DNA of 64,000 nt from Candidatus Latescibacterota bacterium (GCA_965198115.1 OZ240241.1:1184001-1248000); one strand, 5' to 3'; positions 39,293 to 49,269 are shown, counted from the first letter of the stretch. The notes: generated from the sequence alone by a model not told the origin. Numbers and translations are program-made.

Positions 39293-40992
39293 TCACGAAC
39301 CACCGATTCGGGACAATGCGGGAAAGAACAAATCCGTGCAAACCCGCTCCCACGTCATTCGTGCGGCTGTCGCCCGTCCAGACTCGATCAGGGTTCTCCG
39401 ATCGCGGTCGGTCCTTGGCAACGCGCTGTATAGACGGTCCGCCAGGGCTCGGCTTCGATCCCACTCGATTGCCTCGCGCTCTGCTGTCGTCATACTCAAC
39501 GTATCCTTCAGACTCGAACATCCCGCGACGTAGTCGGCGACCATCAGGTTAGGTTCTCCCCCACCCGCCGCTTCGACGGCAGCCACGCATCCGCAAACCG
39601 AGCTGACGGCACAGATCGTGCCCGCGGCCAGAGGCTCGAGCTGGGCGATTCCGAAGGGCTCGTAGATGGAGAGCCCGAACTCCACGTCAGAACCCCACCG
39701 CAGGTCCTCGAAGGTCGTGTCATCGGACATGCCGGGTCCACACGAAATCGCATCCCATCCGAACTGATTGACGAGGACAGCACGAATCGACCCTGCGTAG
39801 GCATTGAACCCGCAGATCGCCCGCCAGCAGTCGATCTCGCCCCCTTCCAGGTCGGGAAACCCCACCTCGTGGTGGACGGGCCAGCCGTAGGACGCGACCA
39901 TCTTCTGAACCTGGGCGGGCGGGCTCCCACAGCCGTCGAGACCACGAAGAGCACCCCCCGAAGACCCTCTTTCCGAAAACGTTCATCCAACCCCGTCAGA
40001 ACCTGGAGGTCACGCCAGTAGCCTTTGCTACGAACGGGACGTGCAACGTGCGTAAAGACATAGTCGGGTCGAAAGCCAAGAAGTGCCTCGGCGTAGTCCT
40101 GCAGTCTACGTTTCGATCGTGTTTTCTGCCGGCTGTCGACCGGATCGCACGGAATCCCGTTAAAGACCAGATCGATCGGGTAGACCTTCAGGGCCGGTGT
40201 CAGGAACCTCAGTTCCTGTTCGGTTTGGCGACCGACGGCAAAAATCGCGTCACACGCGTCTGACCTGGAAATGAGCGCGTGTCGCGGGTGGGACGACTGG
40301 TCTCCGAAAACGTCCGCGATCGACTGACCGTTACGCGATGCCTCGGCCACGGCCGCGTAGAACATGGTGTCGTGGCCCGGTGTCGTCTCGACGATATTCC
40401 TGGCGGTCGACACTTCGTGCGCGTAAAAGATGGTTCGCAGCTTCGACCCCCGTGCAGCCAGGGCGGTCGGCATTCCCATGAATTCGTGCGCGAGGAGATA
40501 ACACGGGACGCGTGTCGACCGTAGTATCAGCTCGAGAACGGCGAGCGCTGGAGGCGCGATCCCCGTGTAGGTGGCGAAATCGGAATCCCCTTCGTATCGA
40601 TCGCTCTCCAATCCGTGTGTCTCGTAAAGCCGGCTCTTGAGCGCCACATCGTGGCGAGAACCGATCCGCACGGGTCCCACGAGTATGATCTCGGCCCGAA
40701 CCTCATTCCCGAACGCTCGCCATCCATAAACGACGTCCACATCGAATTCGGCCACGACGGCATCCAGGCTGCGCGACAACGGAGTGCGGGACACACACGA
40801 CCGACTGCAGTATAGCACCTCCCCGACGCGAGCCAGCTGGGCCGCGTCGTCGGTCGCCGTGACCGGTCCGACGAGCAGCGTCCTCAGGACCCGATCCTGG
40901 TAGACGTCCGCGGTGATCATCCCCTCGATGACCGCCCCAATCCCGCCGACTTTCCGGACCGCCTCGTGAGTCACGTGGGCAATCACACACAT
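39293..40992 (-). CDS. GT-B glycosyltransferase (glycogen-synthase-like), frameshifted near 39914
   Basis: HEAVRKVGGIG (KxGG), AHEFMG, SKG; second ORF has YEPFGIAQLE. One extra C joins the two ORFs. Confidence 0.82.
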
Positions 40993-40998
40993 GATGAA

Positions 40999-41514
40999 TC
41001 AATACACGCGATCGATGATGATTTCGAGGTCGTGGGTTCCAGCCGCGATCGGATTCTGCACGCACGTCCCTTCCAAGTCGCCCGACTGAGTGCCGGCCAT
41101 ACCATCCTGATCCACACGGGCGATCAGATACATTTCGGGAATGTCCGCGAACACGATGCCTTCCCCGAGCATCTTGGCGACATCGGCCTGGCCCATGGTG
41201 AAAGTGTGCGGAAAAGCGGGCACACGTGTACGCCGGAAGGCGTAGGGCGGGCCACCATCCGCTCGTTCACGCGCAATCAGATACAGATAGGCGTTTCGAG
41301 GCAATCGCCCGGCCAGACCCGGCGCCAGGCGAATCGTCCCACTGATGGCCCCGGGCGCTCCTGCAGTATCCGATTCTCCGCCTGGCGGATGGCCGGCGAG
41401 CGAGACAGTGGCAGGACGGGGTAACGGTTTGGGGGGCGGGTGGGTTCCTTCCTCGTAATTCTGCCCGCATCCCCCAAAAATGAGGAGCGGAACGAGCAAC
41501 GACAGGGAGCTCAC
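40999..41514 (-). CDS. Lipoprotein with a CcmI/CycH C-terminal-like Ig domain
   Basis: Lipobox FGGC; ISGTIRLA, YLIAR, GGPP, FP, ARVDQDG, GDLEG. Confidence 0.65.
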   Translation of the reverse strand: MSSLSLLVPLLIFGGCGQNYEEGTHPPPKPLPRPATVSLAGHPPGGESDTAGAPGAISGTIRLAPGLAGRLPRNAYLYLIARERADGGPPYAFRRTRVPAFPHTFTMGQADVAKMLGEGIVFADIPEMYLIARVDQDGMAGTQSGDLEGTCVQNPIAAGTHDLEIIIDRVY

Positions 41515-42278
41515 GAGAATCCCAACTCCTCTTCGGTCATCGTCAGGATTTCCGGCTCGCCATCGGTGACGGCGACGACGTGCTCAAAATGAGCGGAAGG
41601 TTGACCGTCCGCGGCCGAGGCGGTCCACCCATCGTCAGCGACACGAACCTCAGGTCCACCCAGGTTCACCATAGGCTCGATCGCAAGAACCATCCCCGCA
41701 CGAAGTCTGGGGTTCCGATCCAAGGGCACGTAGTTAGGAACAGGCGGGTCTTCGTGGAGATTTCGTCCGATACCGTGTCCGACGAACTGGCGAACGATGG
41801 AGAATCCGTTCGCTTCAACGCACGCCTGTACTGCTCCGCTGATGTCGGCCAGACGCCCCTTTGCCCTGGCACCGTCGATCCCCTCGAAAAGCGATTTTCG
41901 AGTCACCGTAAGCAGATGACCGACCTCAGCGTTGACGTCTCCGACGGGTAACGTGATGGCCTGGTCACCAAAATAACCCTTCAATTTTGCCCCGATGTCT
42001 ATGCTGACGATATCGCCAGATTCCAACACTCGATCATCCGGGATGCCGTGAACGACAACCTCGTTGACAGAGATACAGGCTGTCGCGGGGTAGCCGTGGT
42101 AGCCTTTGAAAGCCGGCTCGGCTCCAGCTTCGACCACGGCTTTTTCGGCGATCGAATCGAGTTCACGCGTCGAGACGCCTGGTTGCACCAGCTCTCGCAG
42201 GGCCTGATGTGCGGCACCCACGACCCTGCAGCTGTTGCGGATCAGCTCGAATTCACGTGGTGTTCGTAAGGCTATCAT
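41511..42278 (-). CDS. map: Methionine aminopeptidase type I
   Basis: CISVNE..VHGIP, DIG, GD, GHGIG..LHE, AIEP, AHFEH. Confidence 0.96.
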   Translation of the reverse strand: MIALRTPREFELIRNSCRVVGAAHQALRELVQPGVSTRELDSIAEKAVVEAGAEPAFKGYHGYPATACISVNEVVVHGIPDDRVLESGDIVSIDIGAKLKGYFGDQAITLPVGDVNAEVGHLLTVTRKSLFEGIDGARAKGRLADISGAVQACVEANGFSIVRQFVGHGIGRNLHEDPPVPNYVPLDRNPRLRAGMVLAIEPMVNLGGPEVRVADDGWTASAADGQPSAHFEHVVAVTDGEPEILTMTEEELGFS

Positions 42279-42372
42279 TCTGTTAGTTCAATTAATTCAA
42301 CCGAGCCTTAAACATAATAAACAGTCGTAGTCTGGAATAGTGGATTCCCTATTTAGGGCCCCAAACAGAAAA

Positions 42373-42390
42373 GGGCGGCATAGGCCGCCC
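42373..42390 (-). terminator. Intrinsic terminator after the metalloprotease gene
   Basis: Hairpin GGGCGGC-N4-GCCGCCC followed by TTTTCTGTTT on the minus strand. Confidence 0.7.
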
Positions 42391-42417
42391 CTTCGTTTCA
42401 CATCCGTCAACGATCTC

Positions 42418-44034
42418 TCAAAGCTTGTCACCGAAACGGCTCGAAAACTTGATGAAATCGGAAAACTCAATCCTGCCGTTGGCATCCAGGTCGTGTCTCT
42501 CGTTGTGACCTTCGGCCCCAGTCTTTCCAAAGGACTCCGCAAAACCCAAGAAATCGGGGAAGCCAACCTCTCCATCACCGTCGAAATCTGCGACCAGATC
42601 AGACCACGCCTGAACGGTCGAGGTCGACAGAACGGAAAAGTCGACAGAAAACTGTGTTCCACTGGGCGAAATCACCATCGGTATGACCACGACCTCATCG
42701 TAAACCCCCACCTCCGGAATCTCGATGATCTGCCCGGAAGGCCGGAGAATGTCGATCCCAGTAGCCGTTACTAGGATGACCACAACATCCCAGGTTGCCC
42801 TATCGTCTAAGTCGAGTGTGACGCGAAGCCCTGTGGATAGACCCTGAGTCTGAATTTGTATATGGGTGGCGCCAAAGTGATCGACTCGCTCGAAATCGCT
42901 TGTCTCTACCTCCTCGGTCGGTCGGATGGTTGTGATTTTCCCATCTCCGAAGGAACTGCCCTCCTCGTGGAAACCGCCTCTATGCCGGGTCCCCGTAAAA
43001 TAGTTCCAGATGGCGAAGCGTGGATAAACACCAGGAAATCCTCCCGGCAAGGCTAACTCAATATCGACGATGTCGTAGGACGACGGCGTGCGAGTCGCGA
43101 GTGATTCCCAGGTGGCTTTGATCGTTTCAGGTCCGTATACATCTGCCACATAAAGGCTAAAGAGCGAGGCCCCAAATGGACGCAGGCTGCCGAAGCTGAA
43201 AAAATCGAGAGAAGCTTCAGGATCGTCCAAGTAGATTCGCACATAAATGAAGTAGTCGTTCACGTCGTCGTATGCCACATCCTCCATCCACGTCGCAGTC
43301 GCCTCCTGCCACCACCCGGAATCGAAGGGGGCAAAGTAGGCAAATTGGATCGCGTGATAGAATTCGTGCGCGGCGGTCACCTGGACGGCGTCTGTTCCGC
43401 GGGTGAAGTAGATGTTGTCCGTGAAATTGTTGTCGATCTCTGCATAGGATGCGGTTGTTGTTCCCCCCGGATCGGGCCAGGTCAGCCCGTAGACACCCGT
43501 GTTGCCAAGGTTCTTGATGTAGACATCGCTACGGCCGTCGCTGTCTCCGATCGGCTCGCGATAGCCCAACTGCGTGATTTCGAGGTCCCACACGTCCTCA
43601 TAGGTCTTCGCGACGAGGTCGACATAGTCGGGGATCCCGTTGCCGTCGTCGTCGAAATGAGCGACGGCGTGAGTTCCGGTCGTGTCGAAGTGGATCTCGA
43701 AGTGATCGTTTTGGGAAACGATCGTTCGCTGTCTCGCCTGTCTTTGAAACAACCTGGACAGCTTGGCTTGAGTGGCCTTGCTCAGCCGTCCCCAATTCGC
43801 GGAGATCTCAGAGGTCAGGACCGTGCCGCATTTGATAGGTCCGTGCGCGCCGTGGTCCGGCACCCCAGTTTCGCGCAGGATAAAACGGCTTCCGACCTGA
43901 TCGATCGCATGGTCGGGATCAACCAATGCCAGCGCACGCCGGATCAGGTCATCCTGGCTTGCGGGGTCCAGTAAGGAAGTCTGTGCGAAGGCCGAACTCG
44001 TGAGGCAGAAAAGCAGGAGGAACCGGAGGATCAA
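42418..44034 (-). CDS. Secreted zinc metalloprotease (MXAN_6640-like) with an EF-hand/dockerin-like tail
   Basis: Signal peptide, KCGT, NGIPDYV, TAAHEFYHAIQ, WWQEATATWME; tail DFDGDGEVGFPDFLGFAESFG..DLDANG. Confidence 0.82.
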   Translation of the reverse strand: MILRFLLLFCLTSSAFAQTSLLDPASQDDLIRRALALVDPDHAIDQVGSRFILRETGVPDHGAHGPIKCGTVLTSEISANWGRLSKATQAKLSRLFQRQARQRTIVSQNDHFEIHFDTTGTHAVAHFDDDGNGIPDYVDLVAKTYEDVWDLEITQLGYREPIGDSDGRSDVYIKNLGNTGVYGLTWPDPGGTTTASYAEIDNNFTDNIYFTRGTDAVQVTAAHEFYHAIQFAYFAPFDSGWWQEATATWMEDVAYDDVNDYFIYVRIYLDDPEASLDFFSFGSLRPFGASLFSLYVADVYGPETIKATWESLATRTPSSYDIVDIELALPGGFPGVYPRFAIWNYFTGTRHRGGFHEEGSSFGDGKITTIRPTEEVETSDFERVDHFGATHIQIQTQGLSTGLRVTLDLDDRATWDVVVILVTATGIDILRPSGQIIEIPEVGVYDEVVVIPMVISPSGTQFSVDFSVLSTSTVQAWSDLVADFDGDGEVGFPDFLGFAESFGKTGAEGHNERHDLDANGRIEFSDFIKFSSRFGDKL

Positions 44035-44702
44035 GCAGCCTCCACGACGTAGATGTGGTGGGCGACCTCGAGTCCGAGGGCGTGCTGGTCGCCTGACGTG
44101 ACCGCGACGAGCAGAGGCCCGTTGAAGGGGGCCCGTTCGCGAATCTCGACGGTCGCGGCCGGGACAAGGCCCAAGTCTTCCATATACCTGAGCATATTGG
44201 GATCGTGATCGCTCACGTGTCTGATTTGCACACGCTTCCCGACGCTGATTTCCGAGAGTCGGCACGTGTTTTCTCTGTGGATGCTTCCATCCTTGGCGGG
44301 GATCGGGTCACCGTGCGGGTCGATGGTCGGATAGCCCATGGCCTTGTCGATCCGATCCTCGAAATCTTCGGATATGACGTGTTCGAGTCGGTCGGCTTCC
44401 GCGTCGACTTCGTCCCAGGAATAGCCGAGCGTGTCCATCAGGTATCGCTCGAGCAAGCGGTGGTGACGGACCACCTCCAGTGCTGCCTTTTCGCCCGCGT
44501 CGGTCAACGCCACGCCTTTGTAGGGTGTGTGACGCACGAGGTTCATCTCTGCCAGCTTTTTGAACATGCTCGTCACCGATGCCGCAGCGACGCCCATCGT
44601 CTCGGACAAGAGCGTGGTGTTCACCGAGCCGTCTGCACCGTGACCGTTTTGCAGTTTGTAAATGGTTTTGAGATAATCCTGAACTGAGTGGCTTATCGCC
44701 AT
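44031..44702 (-). CDS. DtxR/IdeR/MntR-family metal-dependent repressor with a FeoA domain
   Basis: DYLKTIY, SVTSM, RHHRLLE, EADRLEH, DPHGDPIP, C-terminal SH3/FeoA region. Confidence 0.93.
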   Translation of the reverse strand: MAISHSVQDYLKTIYKLQNGHGADGSVNTTLLSETMGVAAASVTSMFKKLAEMNLVRHTPYKGVALTDAGEKAALEVVRHHRLLERYLMDTLGYSWDEVDAEADRLEHVISEDFEDRIDKAMGYPTIDPHGDPIPAKDGSIHRENTCRLSEISVGKRVQIRHVSDHDPNMLRYMEDLGLVPAATVEIRERAPFNGPLLVAVTSGDQHALGLEVAHHIYVVEAA

Positions 44703-44774
44703 GCGCAACCTCGTTTCAACCGAAAACCATACGTCAATCCCCAGCGGGGGTCAACCGGCCGGCCCAAAACTCGA

Positions 44775-45674
44775 TCAGGGATGAAGACTTCGCTCTGTTC
44801 CACGCACGAGGGCCTCGATGTTCATTCGCACGGCCCCCACGTACGTCTCAGCCCCGGTAGCCCGGTCGCCCAGCGCATCGGTGTAGAGCGCTCCACCGTC
44901 CTCCGCGCGGCTTCCCTCTGCCTCACACGCCTCGAGAAGACGTCCAATCATCTTTGGCGACACGTGACTTTGGGTGAAGACACTCTTGGCGCCGTGTTCA
45001 ACGAGCCAGTCCACGAGCCGATCGACGTCCCGGTTGGATGCACCACGAAGCCCCTCGACTTTCCAATCGTAGGCTCGATTGAAATACACGAAAGCATCGT
45101 GAACCGTCCCGGCAGCCCTCCGGCCCACGGGAACGTCTGCGACCCTCGACTCGACCCAATGGTGAAGCGTATCGAGACGTGCCCGGTAGCGTTCTCCATT
45201 CAGCTTGAAGTCGCCGAAATCCGTCGGACGGATTTCAGAGAGCGCGGCCACCACCGGGCCGACAGCCTCCTTCCAGAGGGAAACATCGAACCAGATGTGG
45301 GGGTCGGGACTGCCTAACGGCTGGGATCTTTTCAGCAATCGATCCGCCGGTACGTCCTTCGCAACTGAGACGACCTTTTTCGTTTTCCCGATCCGCTCGA
45401 AGGTCGCTGCCAGTTCTCTTTCAAACCCCAGGCCGTGGTAGAAAACCACATCCGCCCGGTCGAGAACATCGACATCGGTGGTCGTCGCAACGTAGGTGTG
45501 TGGGTCGACGCTCCGCCCGATCAGGACTCGGATTTCAACAGCATCTCCCCCGACGTTGGCGACAAGGTCACCCACCAGACCGGTCGAGCAGACGACCTGC
45601 AACCTTTGACCCGTTCCGGCCACGTATTCGCCACACGCCGTAAGGAAAAGCGCCGCCCAGAAGACGAGATGCAC
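44775..45674 (-). CDS. TroA/MntA-like metal ABC substrate-binding lipoprotein
   Basis: Lipobox LTAC; DPH, DPHIW, HDAF, YTDALG. Start is uncertain. Confidence 0.88.
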   Translation of the reverse strand: MHLVFWAALFLTACGEYVAGTGQRLQVVCSTGLVGDLVANVGGDAVEIRVLIGRSVDPHTYVATTTDVDVLDRADVVFYHGLGFERELAATFERIGKTKKVVSVAKDVPADRLLKRSQPLGSPDPHIWFDVSLWKEAVGPVVAALSEIRPTDFGDFKLNGERYRARLDTLHHWVESRVADVPVGRRAAGTVHDAFVYFNRAYDWKVEGLRGASNRDVDRLVDWLVEHGAKSVFTQSHVSPKMIGRLLEACEAEGSRAEDGGALYTDALGDRATGAETYVGAVRMNIEALVRGTERSLHP

Positions 45675-45696
45675 CGGAGGCCCTGCCGCGAGAGGG

Positions 45697-46842
45697 TCAG
45701 AAATACGTCGCCACGCTGAAGAGGACGCCGGCGCTACGTGCGAGGACATTGAACCTGTCGTGGGACCAGCTCTTGAAATAGTCGAGTTTGAACACCGATT
45801 CAGCGGTCGGACGGAAGTTCAGACCCACCGTCCATTTCCGAACGTCGTCCCCTTCGAGATCTCTGTCAAAATCGACCCGATCGAACCGAACGACCGCTTC
45901 GAAGTAACTCTGAGGCAAGTTCGCCATCTTGCCCTTCAAAAAACTTCGGCTCCCCTGAAGATAGTAGCCATCCTGGGCTTCGGCAAAGATGCTACCAGCT
46001 AGCCCAGCCGGAAGATCGATCGAGGCACGTGCGTATTCTCCTTCGATCGCGTATAGGCCCCTCTCCGCAGATCCGTCCAGAGCCAGAATCCGAAGGTCGC
46101 GGGAATCGTCTACGTCGAGGTCCTCGAGACGGCTTTTGTTGTATTGCCCCACGTGCCACGACACGCCGATCTCGGCGCCGGGTCGCGGGCTTGCAGCCAC
46201 CCGACCCGCAACGGCAAGGCTGTTATTGTTGTCTTCGAAATTCTGACGGCCGGACGCGATGCGTGTTCCTTCATCGCTTTCCTCGACGATCCCCCCGTGG
46301 AACCCGTTCACGGCGTATAACTCGTAGGTCAGTCTGGACGAGGGATTCGGGAATAAAGCACCGAATACGCCCGCTCCGGGCTCCGAGAGAGCGGTCGGGA
46401 TGATCTCCGTACTCGCGAGAGGACGATCTACCAGCTTGTTGGCCGGGCTGTCGTGCGCAAGGTTGAACCGCCCGAGGGGCGTGAGGATCATGCCTCCGCG
46501 AAAGGAGAGGGAGGGATGCAATTCGAAATCGAGTACCGCGAGTTCGAGCAGAATCTCCTCCGTTCCTTCCTCGAATTCCAGCTCGGCGGCCATTCGAAAG
46601 CGGCTGGATACCACAGCGTGGAAGAAGACGTTGAAGCGTTTCGGCACGAACGTTCTTTCCTCTATGACACCTTCTTCCTCTTCATAGCGAAAGTGGGCTT
46701 CTGTATATCCACCCACAGAAACACGACCCGACCCCGTTCGGAACAAGTGGGGTTTGTCGTAGGCTCCACCCTTGACGAACGGTCGGTCCTCCTCGGCCCT
46801 CGCCACGCTCGTCATCATCAAAAAGACAATCACGTAAATCAC
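45697..46842 (-). CDS. Outer-membrane porin-like beta-barrel protein
   Basis: Signal peptide, ELEFE, PLGRFN..HD, amphipathic strands, terminal Phe. Confidence 0.75.
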   Translation of the reverse strand: MIYVIVFLMMTSVARAEEDRPFVKGGAYDKPHLFRTGSGRVSVGGYTEAHFRYEEEEGVIEERTFVPKRFNVFFHAVVSSRFRMAAELEFEEGTEEILLELAVLDFELHPSLSFRGGMILTPLGRFNLAHDSPANKLVDRPLASTEIIPTALSEPGAGVFGALFPNPSSRLTYELYAVNGFHGGIVEESDEGTRIASGRQNFEDNNNSLAVAGRVAASPRPGAEIGVSWHVGQYNKSRLEDLDVDDSRDLRILALDGSAERGLYAIEGEYARASIDLPAGLAGSIFAEAQDGYYLQGSRSFLKGKMANLPQSYFEAVVRFDRVDFDRDLEGDDVRKWTVGLNFRPTAESVFKLDYFKSWSHDRFNVLARSAGVLFSVATYF

Positions 46843-47270
46843 GATTGGGTTCCTCCGGAATGAAGTTCGATCTGAAGTACGTCGTCTATGACTCGATTGG
46901 CGTAGGTTCGTAAAGCTTTGGTCGCTGGGCCGTGCGTAACAACGCCGGCCCAAGTGAACGAGGAACCGTGGCACGGGCAGACGAGGCCTTTGCCAACGCT
47001 GCGAATCGTGCAGCCAAGGTGCGAACAGATAGCCGAAACGACTGCAAACATCCCGTTCTCCATACGTGCTACGAGCAAGGGTACGCCGTCCTCCCCGACT
47101 CGCAGCATAACCGGCCGGTCGTTTTGTAGCTCGGCCACGTCGGCGAGCGGCACCTCCACGCGTCCCCGGTGTCCCATCACGTCGAATACGGTAATACCGG
47201 CGCAGGCACTCGTTGCCACCGCGCTACCCACCGTAGATACAAAGCCTCGCCTGGTCATTGTGTGCCTCAA
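46839..47270 (-). CDS. Tat-exported Rieske [2Fe-2S] protein
   Basis: TRRGFV Tat motif; CSHLGC and CPCHGS. Confidence 0.92.
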   Translation of the reverse strand: MRHTMTRRGFVSTVGSAVATSACAGITVFDVMGHRGRVEVPLADVAELQNDRPVMLRVGEDGVPLLVARMENGMFAVVSAICSHLGCTIRSVGKGLVCPCHGSSFTWAGVVTHGPATKALRTYANRVIDDVLQIELHSGGTQS

Positions 47271-48472
47271 AGCGAGTTCAGGTAAGCCAGTACGTTCTCG
47301 CGATCGGCCTCGGATAAACCGACGTAACCATCACGCGCCGCATCCGCTTCCCCACCGTGCAGGCGGATGGCTTCGTCTACACTCGTCGCACGGCCATCGT
47401 GTAGGTAGATAGCCTCTCCACCGAGCGCGTCTGGCGCCAAACGTAGACCCCACAAAGGTGCCGTTCGCCATTCAAAGCCATTGGCGGTTCCGTCCGCCCT
47501 GCCATCGGCGAGGCCCGGGCCCATGTCGTGGAGCAGGAGGTCCGAGTACAGATGTGCCTCCTGCCGATCGAGTGCGGGAGTGGCGTTCGGCCCAGTGGTG
47601 AGCGTGGGGACGTGACAGGCGGCGCATCCGATCTGCATAAAGAGTGTGCCTCCTGCAGCCGATTCGGGGGTCGAAGGGCCCGTCGCCGGCGGAGCGAGAA
47701 GCCGGACATAGGCGACCACATCGCCCACTTCGAAGCTGGGGACCTCGGGATCGGGCACGCCATCGGCGATCGTACCCACACCGGCGCCTGGATGGATCGG
47801 TTCTTCGGGACGAAAGTCAGTGGTGATGCCCATGTCCTGCTGGTAAGCGTTGGCTACCTGCTCGAGTAAAGAAGAAATGTTCGCTTTTCGCCCAAACCTT
47901 CCAATAGCCTGACCCGGCCCGGCTCCTACCGTGCCCGATGGCACGAAATCAGCGGGTTCGACATAGTTGATCCGACCCGATATCCCATCTCCGTCCAAAT
48001 CGTCCGGGTCTTCAAGCGCCGTCAGCACGGCCTCAGGGACACCCTCGATCAGACCCATGCCGAACACCGCTGGCGCCGTCCGATCCGAAGTCTCGGCCCC
48101 GGCAGGAATCGTCTCGGGTTCGACGCCGGGAATGGCTCTGTTCTGTTGTTGGGGGCCGCCGAGCTCTGGAACCAAATCCCCCCCGATGCTGAAGCGGGTC
48201 AGGCTGCTAGCAAGGGATCCCCTCCCATCGCCAGGGTGGCAGGTTTCGCAGCTTGGCTGGTTGAAGAGAGGTCCCAGCCCGTCCGATATCGTAAAAACAC
48301 GCTCGAACTGCTCGTCGCCTCGCGCGAACGACGCGAGTAGCCCGGGAGAAACGTCGAGCGGTGCGTCGAGAGTTTCGCCCTCCGGGGGCGGGCTTGTCAG
48401 CAGCGAGTCTCTACACGCCACCAACAGACCTACGAGAAACAGAAGCCTCAGCCAATCTTTTTGACCAGACAT
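47267..48472 (-). CDS. Di-heme oxidoreductase (DUF1111) lipoprotein
   Basis: LVAC lipobox; GLGPLFN..SCETCH, GRFGRKA, GCAACH, YSDLLLHDMG, WRTAPLWG, YLHDGRA. Confidence 0.9.
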   Translation of the reverse strand: MSGQKDWLRLLFLVGLLVACRDSLLTSPPPEGETLDAPLDVSPGLLASFARGDEQFERVFTISDGLGPLFNQPSCETCHPGDGRGSLASSLTRFSIGGDLVPELGGPQQQNRAIPGVEPETIPAGAETSDRTAPAVFGMGLIEGVPEAVLTALEDPDDLDGDGISGRINYVEPADFVPSGTVGAGPGQAIGRFGRKANISSLLEQVANAYQQDMGITTDFRPEEPIHPGAGVGTIADGVPDPEVPSFEVGDVVAYVRLLAPPATGPSTPESAAGGTLFMQIGCAACHVPTLTTGPNATPALDRQEAHLYSDLLLHDMGPGLADGRADGTANGFEWRTAPLWGLRLAPDALGGEAIYLHDGRATSVDEAIRLHGGEADAARDGYVGLSEADRENVLAYLNSL

Positions 48473-48513
48473 ACGTCCTCCGCAGAAATAGTTTTTGTAT
48501 CTCGATAACAGAA

Positions 48514-48529
48514 TTTAGATTAACCTAAA
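48514..48529. promoter_or_regulatory. Putative DtxR/SirR-type operator
   Basis: Near-palindrome TTTAGATTAACCTAAA, one mismatch to the SirR box TTAGGTTAACCTAA, in an AT-rich region about 40 bp upstream of the DUF1111 gene. Confidence 0.75.
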
Positions 48530-48604
48530 AATAGAAGAAGACAAATAAAAACAAAGGTTCTTTAGGCACTTAGAAACCCTTGCTCGAGGGTCATCGAAAC
48601 CTGG

Positions 48605-49123
48605 TTAACGTTCGCCTACTTCCTCCTTCTCCTCTTCCTGGACCACCTTGCCTTCTCGATCCCAAAAGGCTTCTCGAAACGAGCGTGGCAATTCCTGGTT
48701 AGATAGAAGATGTTCCAAAAAACGCAGGAGAGTCTCGGTTGTTTCCTCGCTCAATAGATGTTCGACCTTGCACGCGTCGATCTCAGCTTGTCGAGAATCG
48801 ACCTTTAGCACGTCGTTGAGAAACGTCCTCACGATCTTCCGCTTCGACAGAATCCCATCGACGATCTTCTGCCCCTCAGTAGAGAGACGTAAAAACTTGT
48901 TCTCGTCCTCCAGCACGTAATCTTTCTGCCGAAGCGCTTTGAGCGTGAGCGAGGCGCTTCCGCGCGTGATCTGAAGGTGCCGCGCGACATCGGACACACG
49001 GGCATACCCGTGCTGCAACGTGAGCTCTCCGATGGCGGCGAGATGGTGTGCCACGCTGTGCGAGATCTCGTTACTCTCGTATTCCTTCCACACCTCGCCG
49101 GATGTCATTCGATCTTCGGCCAT
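48605..49123 (-). CDS. Second DtxR/MntR-family regulator (no FeoA domain)
   Basis: ARVSDVARHLQITRGSAS HTH, FLNDVL, AEIDACKVEH. Confidence 0.88.
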   Translation of the reverse strand: MAEDRMTSGEVWKEYESNEISHSVAHHLAAIGELTLQHGYARVSDVARHLQITRGSASLTLKALRQKDYVLEDENKFLRLSTEGQKIVDGILSKRKIVRTFLNDVLKVDSRQAEIDACKVEHLLSEETTETLLRFLEHLLSNQELPRSFREAFWDREGKVVQEEEKEEVGER

Positions 49124-49269
49124 ATTCACCCTTTCTCTCAACATATAGATAACGGCGGGGGTCCGTCAACCCTAGTGCCGCAGAGCGCTTGCCCCTTGAC
49201 TTGCGAACCGCCCCTTGATTCATTCTGCCTGCTTGCGGACGCCCTCCGCCCACCGAAACGGAGCCCCCT

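Noticed and set aside
44705-44735. Autoregulatory operator upstream of the first DtxR-family gene
   Set aside because: Only a weak imperfect palindrome (TCGTTTCAACCGA); it does not match the 48514 box well enough.
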